DNA of 64,000 nucleotides from Ophelia neglecta (lineage: Eukaryota). The stretch lies in the NCBI GenBank assembly GCA_965285935.1, contig OZ260665.1, forward strand, positions 27,156,001-27,220,000. The letters run 5' to 3'. Under the pieces are notes generated by a model. The model searched no databases, had not been told where the DNA came from, and was given only the letters and a program-made list of their open reading frames with translations. Position numbers and translations under genes: made by a program. Below are positions 25,026 to 38,415 of this stretch, piece by piece. Position 1 is the first letter of the stretch, and each line of letters begins with the position of its first letter.

Positions 25026-28000
25026 AAATATGTTTGTTTCTCCACTAACATTTCACCATTAACTTATTCCTTTTTCCCTTAGACAAACCCCTAGTCTATT
25101 TGCCTGGCATACACTCAGTGTTATAATTATGTCACAAAGCAGTCAGAAAATATCAAGAGATTACTTACCATGTAATGTGGCAGGTTTATAGTCCTAGCAT
25201 GATAAGTCTGCCTTTCTCCTCATATTTGCAGTGTTTTTAAGTCTCACAGGAAAATTGTTTTAACTGTTGCCCTCATAATTTTGTAAAGTTTTTGATAGAT
25301 TGCTTTTACACTTAATAAAATAATGAACACACCATGTTTTTCCTGTTAAGGGCACAAACCCATAGGAGCTAGAAACCTCCCACCTTGAAAAATGTAATCC
25401 TCGAGGTTGTCTTTTTAAACAACCACTCAACCTAAAAAGGTCATGTTATTTTATTAACAATGACCCACAATATTTGCTGACTTTTAACAGTTTAGGCAAA
25501 GCATCCCTGTGGCTACCCTTATGAATATGGTCCAAAAGAAGAAATGGTGTTGTTATTTAAAGATATGTCTGTGCAGAAATTGCCCCACAATACGTGGTTT
25601 TTCAATTTTCAGTTTCGGCTGACTTGCACTGTAAAGTCAGTTTTTGACTCCGGATTTGGTCATATTCTTGCAATGCAGCGTTGTGATAGCCTCCAATATT
25701 GGTTTACTGTAAACTGAACTGTGTGTACTTGTATTGTCCTTTATATCACTTTCAATATGGACTCACTGAGTTAACAGCCAATAGATGACGTTAATGTGCA
25801 TGAACCTGACTTTATGGTGGTCTGTCACAGTCTAACATATATCCATGCTTGTACCAGTGTCATCAGGAACATTTGTTTATCAAAAACACATTGTCTTTTA
25901 AACTTTTAAATGTAGTTGAAAAGAATGTCAAAAGTTTTTTATAATATGATTTAATGAGTACTTATATATTTTCCTTCAAAGAGATATTTAGCAGACACTT
26001 TGGTTGACATCGTTCTGAATGACATTGTTTTTGTCATTGAGAATTGTAGAGAAGCTCATATGGTTGAGGCTGATTTGATCAGCCCTAATCTTCTGTGTTT
26101 TAATACACTAATAACCACTATCATGATGAAGGAAGGCTCGGAGCATCCTCCCCTGGCCTGCTGACTGTCTGTAGAGACTAATATAATATTGCTGGTGGTT
26201 GACAGGACAAGGCCAGTGTGCTGCACATGTTTCTGACATTTAACGGATGTTTCACTGGGTAAACATGATAAGTTCTGTAAATATTAGAAAAATGAAGTAT
26301 GATCATAAAGGTTCACCTCAAATTGGCTTGTCTCAAGCTGCCCTATAATCAGATTCTAAGCTGTCCATTTATTGTAGAAATTGGTTTTCTTGATCACCAG
26401 TCAAAGTAGTCTGCTGTCAAAATAAAGTAGTAAAGAAATAAATATCAGTCAAAAAAGGTAAATGTGGCCCAAAAAAAGTAACTAGTTTGTTTTTTTTGTT
26501 TTTTTGTAAATACAAACATAATATTAGTTGCATAACTGTAGGGTTTATTGAAATATTCTCTCTTTCACACTAAACATTATTGTATAAGGTTTATTGTGGA
26601 ATCAGTGTATATGTTTGAAGAAGTATGAGTGAGGATCATTGATGTAGCCTGAGCAGTTGTCCTAATGTACATGGGTATTAAATACCTGGTTAAGCCAGTG
26701 ATCAGCTGTCTAGGTGGCAGATTCCTATATAATCTCATTAGGATGACCAGATTAAGTAGACTGTATAGACATGTGGACACGTAGTTAAGTGATGTTTGTG
26801 ACAGGTGAGATATGATAGCGGGAGGACAGAGTCCGTGTTGACACGCTCCCACGCTGACCTCAGGTCTACGTGTAGTATGTACACTACGGTATATACCACT
26901 TACACTCTAATGTAGTGAATATCTATTCATCCTTAGATGGATTTGATAACAGAAAAATAATTTAACAATTCATTTTATTCCTACAGCATAGGTCTATCTA
27001 ACCTCCTACACACAGATATACCTCAAATTGGCTTTGATTCAGAAAGCTTTTTTGCGACTTTTTTTCAGTGAAACATACAGTTGTGTTTGTATGAGGATGA
27101 TGACTCAGTCCTTGCCATCTGGTTCAAAACCTAGTTATACTGCATGATTGGTATTCTCTATCTAATAAAGCTCATAACTACATAAGTGTACATATATGCA
27201 AGTATCATTATTCTACCAGTATACTATTTTACTCTATATACAAGCTGAGCAGAATTGCTATGTAAATACCATCTTTTTGATCTCAGCTTCCGCCTGACAG
27301 TGTCTATATATCCGCCATTGAAAGTATCATTACTTGATAATATATAGGAATGCCATGTAAAATGTGAATATTTCTGTATGACTCTTTGATAAATAGATAA
27401 TACTAACAAGCTTGCCGTTCACTTCTCTTAGCTGTGTAGTTTGAAGATATGTGGTTTTATTGTAGTTTTGGTCTTACATTGATTAGGCCATGGCAGAATT
27501 GCAGATTTGTATCAAGGACTGTCATAAATTGCATTTAGGTAAATGGATGGTTATAGCCCTACTTTAGCTCCCTTTTATCTTGTTAGCCTTGTGAATTTTA
27601 ACACAGTCTGCCTATATTGGCTCATATTTATGGTGCACTAAAAGTCTACCAAAGCAGTGCTATTAAAACTGTTTAAGGCCACACACAAGCAGCACTATGG
27701 TTCTCCATATCGAGACAACAAATGAGCCGACCAACAGAATTATTGTTTCCCTCCTATTATCTGTGCTGCACACGCGGTCTCTTCAGACCTGTTGCTCGAG
27801 TCAGATACATGTCTGACTGTCGGATGCAGGTGGTATTGTCAATTTATGGTATTTATATGTGTCTTCAGTGTTTGAAGTCCCATTATATTTGCTGTCCACG
27901 GCCGTCAGCTGTCTAAATCTCTGCTTTTGATCTTGTTTCCCAATCAAATGTCCTCATCAAGTAGAAGATTCATTGTAAAAGTGGTCCAATATCCTTTGTG

Positions 28001-29591
28001 CCATAAAGATGGAGTGTGCCGTGATGTCTTTAAGGTTTCCGACGGGTTAATTTTATGTTGTCTGGTGCATAAAACAGGATTGCTTCCCTATCAAGAATCA
28101 TAACAGATGACTCTCATTTGTCCAGCTGATCTCCTGAGGATGGAACAGAAATCTTTTCTGTGAAATTATCTTCGAGATTGTAAATTTGATGTAATTCTTT
28201 CCATAGATGGCCTATGTAATGCTTTATTAATGGTCAAGAATGATTTAATGATATTCAAACCTTTACTTTCATGTTGTTTTCTGAATTAGTTGTAGAAAAA
28301 ATGGCATCTTTCATGATATATCATATTTTCTACGGAGCCACAAATGTCTCTGTGATAAATCAGGATTGTATGTAAGAACACTTTCTGTTTTCCTTTCATC
28401 CTGATCCGTCCACGTTGCCTGTTTTCATAAAGCACTATGATTGGTCTGAGAGACTGACTGTAGCAATAAACTGGAAATGGAAATAGCAGAACACATTTTG
28501 CTATCCACGCTCTGAAAGTCGCAGCACCTGTGATGTTAAACGTTAACATCCAGATTTAAAAAATTCTCATAAACCTATGCTTACTCAAACTCTGATCATA
28601 TACACATCACGATGGAGGAAGGTGAGCTATCTCGCTGGTGTCTCCATTACCTATTGGGTATTTTTCCTAGTTGAAGTTCTGCTGGCTGAGAGTCGATAGT
28701 AAAGATGCGATCCAAGAAAGTTATGGTACACAAGGAATGCCTGTGTTCACAAATTTCTACCAATCACAAAACTAGTTGCAGGGCAGGTCTTGGTTGTAAA
28801 CATGCAGCAGGCTTACATACATCATACATGTAGTGTAAATTTTTCATATATACCACACCATATTTGGAATACTAAATAATTTGATGGATAATCATAACTT
28901 GTGGAAATTTTATGACCAGGTGTGTTTTTTCGTACAATTGAAAACTTTTAGGCAGTTAATATTGCGAAAGTAGCTGTGGCAATAAATGACGCATGATCCC
29001 TCCTACATCAGTTCAGTTTGTGGTAAACAGGCAAAATAGCACAAACCTTTGAAATGGGCTTTAATCTAATTTTATTAACAGTTTGATAAGCTACTAGTTA
29101 TATGAACCTCTTTGGTGCAGCATGGCTGAGACTAATTATTATTATCTGTTATTATCTTATAACTGATACTATCTGTTATATTTATGTACCAGTCTTTATC
29201 CACCTATGAATGTATGAATGTCCTGTACACTAATACCTGTATCTAGATAGCCCATGGAAACACTAAATAAAACAATTAAAAAAAAAGTTATGATAAGCTC
29301 AGCGATCTCAAAGACTGGAACTTTATGAATAAAAGAGGGGTATCCATGCAGGTAACGGGTAGGTGATATCACCACTACCAGTAGCTTTAATCATATTCAT
29401 GTTACTTTAATAAAACAAAAATAAGTGTGGCTCTTTTGGCAATAAGGTTGTTCCAGTGACTTGTTGCAGTCACCTCATACCTTTGCATTACACATATGCC
29501 ACTCAACCTGTTTCGGTCGTCCCAACATCCTCTTAGTTACTCTAGTGAACAGTATTTGTGATGAGAAACAAACCTGCTAACCCTTTAAAAC

Positions 29592-29772
29592 TACAGTGAA
29601 ACCTGTGTTTATGGCCACCTGTGTAATAAGGCCATCTGCCCACTAAGGTCACTAAACAAAAGTCCAATCCCCATTTTTGCCTATGTTAACTGGCCTGCCT
29701 ATTAAGGTTACCTACATAATGTGGTCAGTTTTTTCCAGTACCTTGAATGACCTGATTAGACAGGTTCCATAA
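29592..29772. mobile_element. Tc1/mariner-pogo-type MITE (~180 bp)
   Basis: Left end TA|CAGTGAAACCTGT, degenerate right end GACAGGTTCCAT, internal GGCCACCT-type repeats. Confidence 0.65.
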
Positions 29773-32700
29773 GTGCGAGGTTTCACAGGAGCTTTTCACC
29801 TATGTATCTCATTTTACATATTGATTATGCTTGTTTTTTTGTGTTCATTGTCCCTTCATAAACTTTTGCTAAAATGCAGAGATGATAAAATAGCTGTGAC
29901 TCTCATGGTGCCTGCTTGCATTATTTACAATTATAAACTGTGTCAGATCTGTCAGATCTTTCTTGACAAGTACGGCCTTGTTTTAAAAATAAACCGCTGA
30001 CTGTCCGGTGCCATCAACACCGGCCTCATATCATCGCCGCACTAAGCGAATCTCTAAGGGACTTGTAATAAATTGACTCAGCTATTGTAATGTTGTGACA
30101 TATTCTGCTCTTTGCTTCAATTAAAGAACCTGATGAGATCATCCATCACAAGTTGATTGAGTTTAGGAATAGAAATAACTTTTGGCTCCACACTGACTTT
30201 TTTTTCTGCATACCAAATTTGTTAATTTAGGCAGCTGCAAGCATCAAGGCTGCAGTAAATTCCACTCTGCAGAATACAGATGGCTAGAAATCACGTTTGT
30301 GGGTGCAAGATTTATTGCCCACTCCACACCCTGCCTTCATAAGTGAGCTATATTGGAACTTTTGAAATTTCTGCTGTAGATGTTAACATTAAATATCCAT
30401 TTTCTGCCTCTGTTGTTAATAACCAATGCCCGGAATATGGGCAGTGCTTCTTCATGGAAAATGTATGCTACTGTCATTCGAGGCATCTGTGATTGCAATA
30501 TTGATGTCCGTGCCAGCAGCAGTCGGCTGCAAGATGACTTGTTGCCATCCAAAACTAACAAATTTGAGCCACAAAAGTATGGAGAGCCTAAAATACAAAC
30601 ACAAACTAAGGTAAGAAGTGGGTGTCCTGAGAGCTCTGAATACAAACAAAAACTAAGACAAGGAGAGGGTATCCTGAGTGTTCAACATACAAACATGAAC
30701 TATGGCCTCATAGGGTGGGTGTCAGGATATATCAAAATATCAACATGAACTATGACTTTCCCATAGAGTGTGTGTATCAGGAAACATCAAAATCTCAACA
30801 TGAAATTTGAAAATTGTATAATGTAAGAGTGAGGGTGTAGAAACGACAAGATCATTCAATGCAGAAGAAGTGTTGTCCCAGCATGCTCAGCCTCAATCAA
30901 GCGTACTAGGCAATAATAGCCAAGTGTGCTTTTAAAGTCTTTGTTGTGAGTTCAGCTTTTTATGAGTTTTTTCTTATTTACCCACTTGATGCTTCGTTCC
31001 ACAACAACATATTCCTCAAAATATAAAGTGCGCCTTCGTAAAAACTGCAGATCTTGCTTCTCCATCGAACTCTACAAATCCTTTGTGTTTGCAAACATAT
31101 TCAAGAATCATACAGGTTCTTTCAGGTGTCTGTCTGAAAGGAGTTAGATTAATAATCACACTTGGCCTGTATGAAACGAGGGGTCATCAAGGTGTGTGAA
31201 CCTCCATCACCAATCTTTACCTGATTACCTAAAGCAGACAAAGTGAAAACCTCGCATGTTAGCAGGTCCAGCTTCTTTTTTTTTAGAGAATCTGAACTTT
31301 TTAGTGGTATTAAGAAATCAATATCATTAGTTTTGTTAACTTATTGTTTGCTATTGTTGAATAATATGGTGGACATAAGATTTGTAAAAACAATGAGGAC
31401 TGTGTGCCTTTGTGGCACTTCTGCTATGTACTCAAGACCTTCACCAAAATCTTTGTGTGGGACAACAAGACCAGATGTCCATCTATCTGGATGTGATGGT
31501 AAATAGTATGCAATTTATATTCCGCTCACATACCCAGCCCTAGTGCTTACCACAGACAGCCTAATGTACTGTTGAGATGCTGGCGGGCAAATTCTCCCAT
31601 CTATCTTTCAGTGATGCAATTGCATGGGCTGCGATGCGTGGCTGCTCACGGACTGTCTGTGAGATCGGCAGACAGACATTAAGAACCAAGACGCCTGACC
31701 CCGGCCATGCTGTAACCAGGCTGGCATGCTCCTCCCATTACTGGTCTCTACAGCTACAGTCCATTTGAGCAGTCGCCCATATCAAGACAAATTGAATGTT
31801 ATCCGGCAGATTTGGGGCTGGCAGATGAGCCTCTCTCAACCATCTTGTGAGGTTTGAGTGGCTACGTGCCCTCCGGTAGTCTCTGTGGACCATTAAAGAA
31901 TTGATTTTGTCCATTGATGTTTGGGGTAGTTTTAATCAGAGGGCACTTTGAGAGCATTGTCTCTTCATTCCAGCATCACCCAGGTTACATGGAAACCTCT
32001 TTAATTTATAGATATCCATCAACTAGTGTCAACAATAAAAGAGCATGAATTGTAGAGGCCAGCCAAGCATGGCTAGCACGCCACAGCAGCCTTTTGGATT
32101 CCATCAACACAGGAAGCAAGCTCCGGCAGTTCCCCAAACTCCCGGCACGATAAAGAGTAATGGTGGCATGCTATGGCTCCTAGTCGGGAGTAAAATACCA
32201 AGCCAGCACAGCGTGCCCCGCAAATGGGACAAGAAACTGTCGCATTGCCGTCTGCAATGTCATGCATTGTTGGGCTGTGAAGTGCGCTCGGCAGTGGTTA
32301 GTTCCACCGTGGCTCGGCTCCTGTCATGCTGGAGTCACCCGAGCTTACACTTCTGATTGATATGTGAACTTCCAATTTGTATGAAACTAAATCATGCATA
32401 GTTTTAATATGATAGCAGTAGGAGATAGCTAGAGTTTTCTTAGCAAACTTTCCAGCATTGCAAAACATGTTTACAGTTCAGTTGATTTATATGAACAGGC
32501 AAACCCCAATCGCTCTTTCTTGATTTAATTTCTTTCCATGACCAGATGACCTATTATTACTATCATCAAATTTATTTATTGTCCAGTCATGTTAATTTAA
32601 TTTATTTCTTGTTCTGCTTATGAGAGTAGTGTGAGTTAAATTACTGTAATTTAGAGCAATTATAGAAGCCATCTGATTATTGATGATATTACAGACCCAA

Positions 32701-35184
32701 TTAGGACTTCATATACTATGGAGCAGGAATATCTGTGTGTCAGTATGTTGTGTTATACATAACAGAGGAACTAAGGTGCAGCTTATGTGCTGTTCTGGGT
32801 ATTGGAGAACACAATCTCCAGGATATCATTCCTTCAGGCATGGGTACTGAGCTGTAAAAAAGACTTGAATAAAATTACATCATTTGTCAAGATGTATTGC
32901 TGTTATGAAAGAAAAACAGGAAAGAGAAGCCCTGGCTAAAGACAAGTAGTACTGCGAGTCAGAGAGGTGACCAGCAACTGAGCTGAGTTTGTTGCCATCT
33001 TTATTTCATTGCTATTAAGTGCTGATGACAGCCAAGAGAACAATCATCCTAACACTTCTGTACAAGTTTGGGACTTGGTTTGGCCTGAGACTTGGTACTG
33101 AACAGCCGTTTTGGTAGAATTCAGTTAGTTCTCGTTCTCGTGACTGGATGTGCCGAGTCCTTAAGTGATTGCTGCTCTTTCAGCGTGTGCTTATGAATAA
33201 ATACACCCTCAACTCATCTTCATGGGTCCCCATTGAGTTCAGCTCATCTCTTTCCAACATTGGGTAAAATATGCCTGGAATAGTTGACAAGATACACATG
33301 ATGGTAAATGTGAAGGTGCTCCTGTGCATATTAATCTGGGCCAAGGGGCTTACCCTGTAGGCAGAATAGAAGTCAAAAATAGGAATGGGAATCAGTAAAA
33401 CCAAGAACTGTTAAACTCAGGAATGGGGTCAATTTAGAAACCTGGGCTGGTTACTTGCCTGGCAGGAGAGAGTGGCTTAATTGACAAATACATGTCTGGC
33501 AAAAAAACATGGGTTAATTGACATGTAGGCCTGAGCATTAAAATGACCTGCTTAGTGATGCATAAATGGCCGACTTTAATGCACCTACCTAAAACAAATC
33601 ATTTTGTTATTAAGAACCCTTCTACTTTTGGTACAATAAGGCTTGTAGAGGAAGCAGCCCATTATGAACTCATTGGTGAGAAGAGTTGCATTTCTTTAAC
33701 TATGTTATGGGTTATCTAAATAGTGCAGCTAGGTTTAAATGTCTTTTTCAGATTTGTTAATAAATGCTCATTAACATTGTTTTTGCTTTCAGTATATGAT
33801 TATGAACACCTTTATATGCATTGAGTGCCCACATGGTTGCCTGCCTGTTAACTCGGCCATGTGTCCTTCTGTTCATGCTGATAAGGCAGACATTTGGTTG
33901 ATATCGTATATGCTACCAGTTTTGTACCCAGAAGTCGCCCACAAAGGTGATATTAAAACCAATTTGTAGCAATTGTTATAGATGTAGATGATAGGTCCGA
34001 TATTGAGGGGTGAGTGGGATGTTCAACAGACAAGTTGGCTTCCGAAATGAGTGACACATACTTCCTGTCTTTTCAAGCCTACTGATTGTAGGCTGGAATG
34101 CTGTGCGAGGCAGCCAGAGTGACGAGCCGTCTCTCGCAGGCAATGCCAATCAATGTAACAGGTGGAACTTTTTGAAATAGAAAGAAGAAGTTCATTTCCT
34201 CGTCTCCGACAAGTATGGAGAGGAATGTCAAACCTATTATAGCGTGTCACTCCTGGCACACTAGGGCGACGTAAGCCAGACTTATTCTGTGGGGAGCGAT
34301 TTGGTTTAGATCAACGTGTTTTCATCTAGCCTATTTATGGATCAAAAAGATCACCAGAAGCTTTTCTATTATGAGTAAATGGTTACATTCCAGACACTTT
34401 CTTCGAAATCCAATTTGCCAAAAAGAGGTTTGGAGAGTGGAAAAGAAGGGACTTTTAGCCCAGTAAAGTGCTTAGTAATGAAAGGAGATACACCAGAGAC
34501 AAGCTTGTTTTACATTACCTAATAGGCTTCTGGCCACGGGCTCCACTTGATAGGGGCAACACAAATATGGCAAGTGGCCCATTACATCAGAGGAATTGGT
34601 GGCTGACAATGTAATCACCTGGGGTCGCCTCACCAGAGTAGTGGCCTCCTATAAATGACACCACCTCCTTTGAACTTTTTTTTAAAATTACTTTTGTCTC
34701 TGTTCAATAGTGTATTTACTTAAAAAGTGTGAACAAAAATGATTTGAGAATTGTCTGTTTTTCATGATGATAGGAATGTTAATTTCCTGGAGTGTGTACA
34801 TGGCCATATAGGTTGAATGTAATTGTATGTGTGAATCTTCTGCTAGGAATGAATCTACAGTTTCAATTTCCAGCCTAATCTAATCTGAGCATGGAACTCA
34901 TTTCCTTTCTATATGATGGCACTATCACTTGGCAACTGAAGATGTTGAGAGCTTCATCAGATCACTTATATAAAAAACACCACTCTGTGCCGTGATGAGA
35001 CCATACTAGGTGATAGAGTGACATGACCTCAGCTGGGTTTCGGGGCCACAGTAAACACTTTACCTGTTATTAAGTCTCAAATAAGATAAATAGTGTTCAG
35101 TATTAAAAATTCTCAGTGCTATTGAATAAATAGAAAGTAGATGTGCTCTTTTTATGTCCCAATGAAATTGATAATATATACTCT

Positions 35185-35425
35185 GGGGTAAGTCTGTTCT
35201 TATGGTAGTATTACTGTGGGTTTAGGCAGTTCTGATGGTGGTATTACAGTGGGTTGAGGCTGTTCTGATGGTGGTATTACAGTGGGTTTATGCTGTTCTG
35301 ATGGTGGTATTACAGTGGGTTTATGCTGTTCTGATGGTGGTATTACAGTGGGTTTATGCTGTTCTGATGGTGGTATTACAGTGGGTTTATGCTGTTCTGA
35401 TGGTGGTATTACTGTGGGTTAAGTT
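35185..35425. repeat. 33-bp minisatellite, ~7 copies
   Basis: Unit CTGTTCTGATGGTGGTATTACAGTGGGTTTATG. It produces the repetitive ORF at 35235. Confidence 0.95.
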
Positions 35426-36539
35426 GATACTGATTGTCGTACTTCATGGTGGCCATACTATGTTATGTATCTTCGTCATTCATTGGAAAACTTCAATTAC
35501 TTGTCATGTGGTACCAATGTATTGTGTGGTCTTTATTATAAAATTCATAACTTGAATAATAAGACATGACAACTAGTATAATGTTTGTACTGCCCCTTGT
35601 CACTCAGAACTCTGTGTTTTGAGTCTGATGATGAGAGAGAAACATCATGTTGTGACTCTAACACATACTGCCAGTTGTGTGCATGCCTGGAGATATTAGG
35701 CATCCTAATCAAGTTTACTTAATAGAAGAGTGTTATGTGCTGGTCCAGCCCTGATAAGAAAAACTCTCTCAGGGAGGGAAACAACAGCGAGACTTTCATA
35801 ACAGATCATGACCCAGCTGCCCAGCAGCCGACAAATGTTACCTCTGTTTTCCATTGTATAATTGGCCGTTCTCCTTCCAGCAGGAAATCCTTATCCACAC
35901 CAATCTGATTATAGGGAGCATTCAGAAACTAATCACAGCAGAAAATGATGAAGCCTTTCCAGCTAAGGCAATTACATTGCTGGGAGGGATGAGTTTGTTT
36001 CTTGCCTGGAACTGTAGTACCAATTTCCACAAGTTCTTAACTAAAAAAAGATGATTGGCTGCAGTGTGTATGATTTTGTGTCTTATTTCTGTGATGGAGT
36101 ATGGACCATGGAACCTTTTCCTTGTGCTGATTTGACCTCTATTAAGCCCATTGACCTCTAGATAAAACTCTGCCATTTTGGATTTCCTCTTATTGTCCTG
36201 GGCGAGATTGAGTCATTCAGTGGGCACCGGATTTGATTATTTCTTTACGCTGTATGAATGGGGAACTAATGTGGTTCCGAACAGTAAACCTCTCACTTGA
36301 TGTGTGTCTCTACCATTTGGATTGTGATGGGAACGAGGTGTCCCATGAGATTGAATTTTCTGCAATTTAGTTTTGAGGAAATTGAATTATATTTCAGCAC
36401 GCTGCAGCAATGTGTTGGTGGGGATGGTGAAAGGGTCGCATCAGGGGTGAGAATCAGTGCTATCATCTCCTGCCAGAGCCAGTAATAGTTAGCTTCATAG
36501 GAGAGGCATCAGGCTGTGACCCTCTACCAGTGCTGGCAC

Positions 36540-37035
36540 TGTGCTCCCAGAAACTAGGAGGAGAACAGGAAGCAGACGCAATTTTTTTGCAGAAAACTGA
36601 GCAGAGACCAGGCTGTGGAAGTGTATCTCAACCAATTGAGAAATGAATGGGCAAGCCTGTGGCAGTGTCTCCGGGCAGACTGAGAAATGAGTGGGGGACA
36701 AGCCTGCTGCAGTGTCTCCCAGCCAACTGAGAAAGAAATAGGGACCTGCCTGCTGCAATATCTCACAGAAATGTTAAAAAATATGCCACAGTGTGTCTCA
36801 GTCAACTGAGAAAGAAATAGGGACCAGCCTGCTGTAATATCTCCCAGAAAATTTAAAAAATAAGTGGGGACCACCAGCCTAACACAGTATGTCCCAGTCA
36901 ACTGAGTAATGAGTGGGGCATTGTCTCCAGGCAGACTAGGGTATGAGCAGGGAGCCCTTGGGGCACTGTCTCCAGGCAAACTAAGGAAGAGTGGGACCAG
37001 CCTAAGTCAAGGTCTCCCAGTAGACTTAAAAATTA
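36540..37035. repeat. Degenerate ~45-bp minisatellite, ~11 copies
   Basis: Recurring GTGTCTCCCAG..AACTGAGAAA...GGGACCAGCCTG. Confidence 0.8.
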
Positions 37036-38004
37036 ATTTGGTGTCTAAGGATCTGACCTTATAGTGAGCCTCATCTCCCAGACCCACCTCTCGTAGCTAA
37101 GGGCCTGTACTGATGGCAGTTATTAGTGTCGGAGGCCTCAATTTCATCAGAAACAGGTCAGACCAAGTTACCTCTGGACCATTTTCCTATATAGTGTAAT
37201 CTTGTCAGTGGTCTTTGTGGAAGCCCCATGGAGCTAGTAATCACTGTCATTTACACCTGTAGATACCTGTCAGAATGCAGCTAAGTTAACAGTCCTTGTA
37301 TTAAATGGAAATATGGTCTCCAATCTATATGCTATGACAATGGAATCAGGAGATAGAAGTGCACAATACACATGCAGGCCTTCATAATCTAGGCCAGCAA
37401 TAGTTGTCAAATCAGTATCATCTGGGGTTTTTTTTCTCAAGAAAACACAACAAATTCTAGATTCCAGTTGCATTTGTATGTAAAACCTTTATCACTTTGT
37501 AGTGTAAAAAAGTCAAAGTTGATTTGTTGTTAACAGATTACTATTTTGTGCCTGCCAGTTTGTCCTTATTTGGTGTGCCCTGCCAAACATCCATAACATG
37601 TAATGCCTTCATCAATCTGACAGACTCCTTTTCCCTCTATTACTGCCTGGTCCCTTGGTTGTCCCAGGTTGGTGCTCCACCAAATGTCCCACATTTCTTC
37701 CAACAGGCAATATTCCTTGCAAGGAGCCACACCATCTGTGTCTTTTGACCAGGAATTAGCATTAATTGAGTGTAGCAGGCCCTGGTCGCATGCCATGCCA
37801 TGCGTCCTGATCACACACTTTGTGCCGTGTCAGCTTCCTACAAGAAAATCTGCTTGAAGCAGAGGACTTTAACAGGATTACACCGGCATCAAGTTCCACA
37901 TTGGCTCCTGCCTAATTGTATTTGGTGAATGTCAAACATCTAGACAGTTTGTCTGCTTTACATGTTTCTTGCAAGCCGTATTCTCATATGGCTTTACTCT
38001 GGCT

Positions 38005-38415
38005 GTATATCTTTACTATGGGCATATATGTCTTTAATGTGCTCATATGTCTTTACATCTTTACTATGGTCATATGTCTTTACATATTTACTTTGGTCAT
38101 ATGTCTTTACATCTTTACTATGGTCATATGACTTTACCTGTGACTGGATTGCTTCTGGTTGTCAACTTTATGTGCTCATGTCTTAACATCTTTACTTTGG
38201 TCATATGTCTTTACATCTTTACTATGGTCATATGACTTTACCTGTGACTGGATTGCTTCTGGTTGTCAACTTTATGTGCTCATGTCTTAACATCTTTACT
38301 TTGGTCATATGTCTTAGTATCTTCACTATGGATATATGTCTTAACATCTTTACTTTGGTCATATGTTTTTACCATATGTGTTTACCTATGACTGGATAGC
38401 TTCTGGTTGTTAACT
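38005..38415. repeat. 27-bp minisatellite with a 104-bp composite higher-order unit
   Basis: CATATGTCTTTACATCTTTACTATGGT units. The insert TGACTTTACCTGTGACTGGATTGCTTCTGG occurs at 38129 and 38233, with a diverged third copy near 38380. Confidence 0.92.

Noticed and set aside
27989-27997. ATATCCTTT, a U12-type donor consensus
   Set aside because: No credible upstream exon; a 9-mer can occur by chance in 64 kb of AT-rich DNA.
30380-30610. Phase 0-0 exon candidate (tag|ATG...AAG|GTAAGA)
   Set aside because: The peptide is unrecognisable and its 3' end runs into a degenerate local repeat (~30590-30810). Not excluded, but unsupported.
33351-33372. TACCCTGTAG, matching the miR-10 5' end
   Set aside because: The 3' half diverges and there is no complementary star arm.
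35235-35555. Hydrophobic repeat ORF (VYAVLMVVLQW)n
   Set aside because: It is a by-product of a stop-free 33-bp repeat with no splice or promoter support.
35621-35660. CTGATGA...GAAAC hammerhead-like core
   Set aside because: Stem II cannot pair and the stem I register is wrong.
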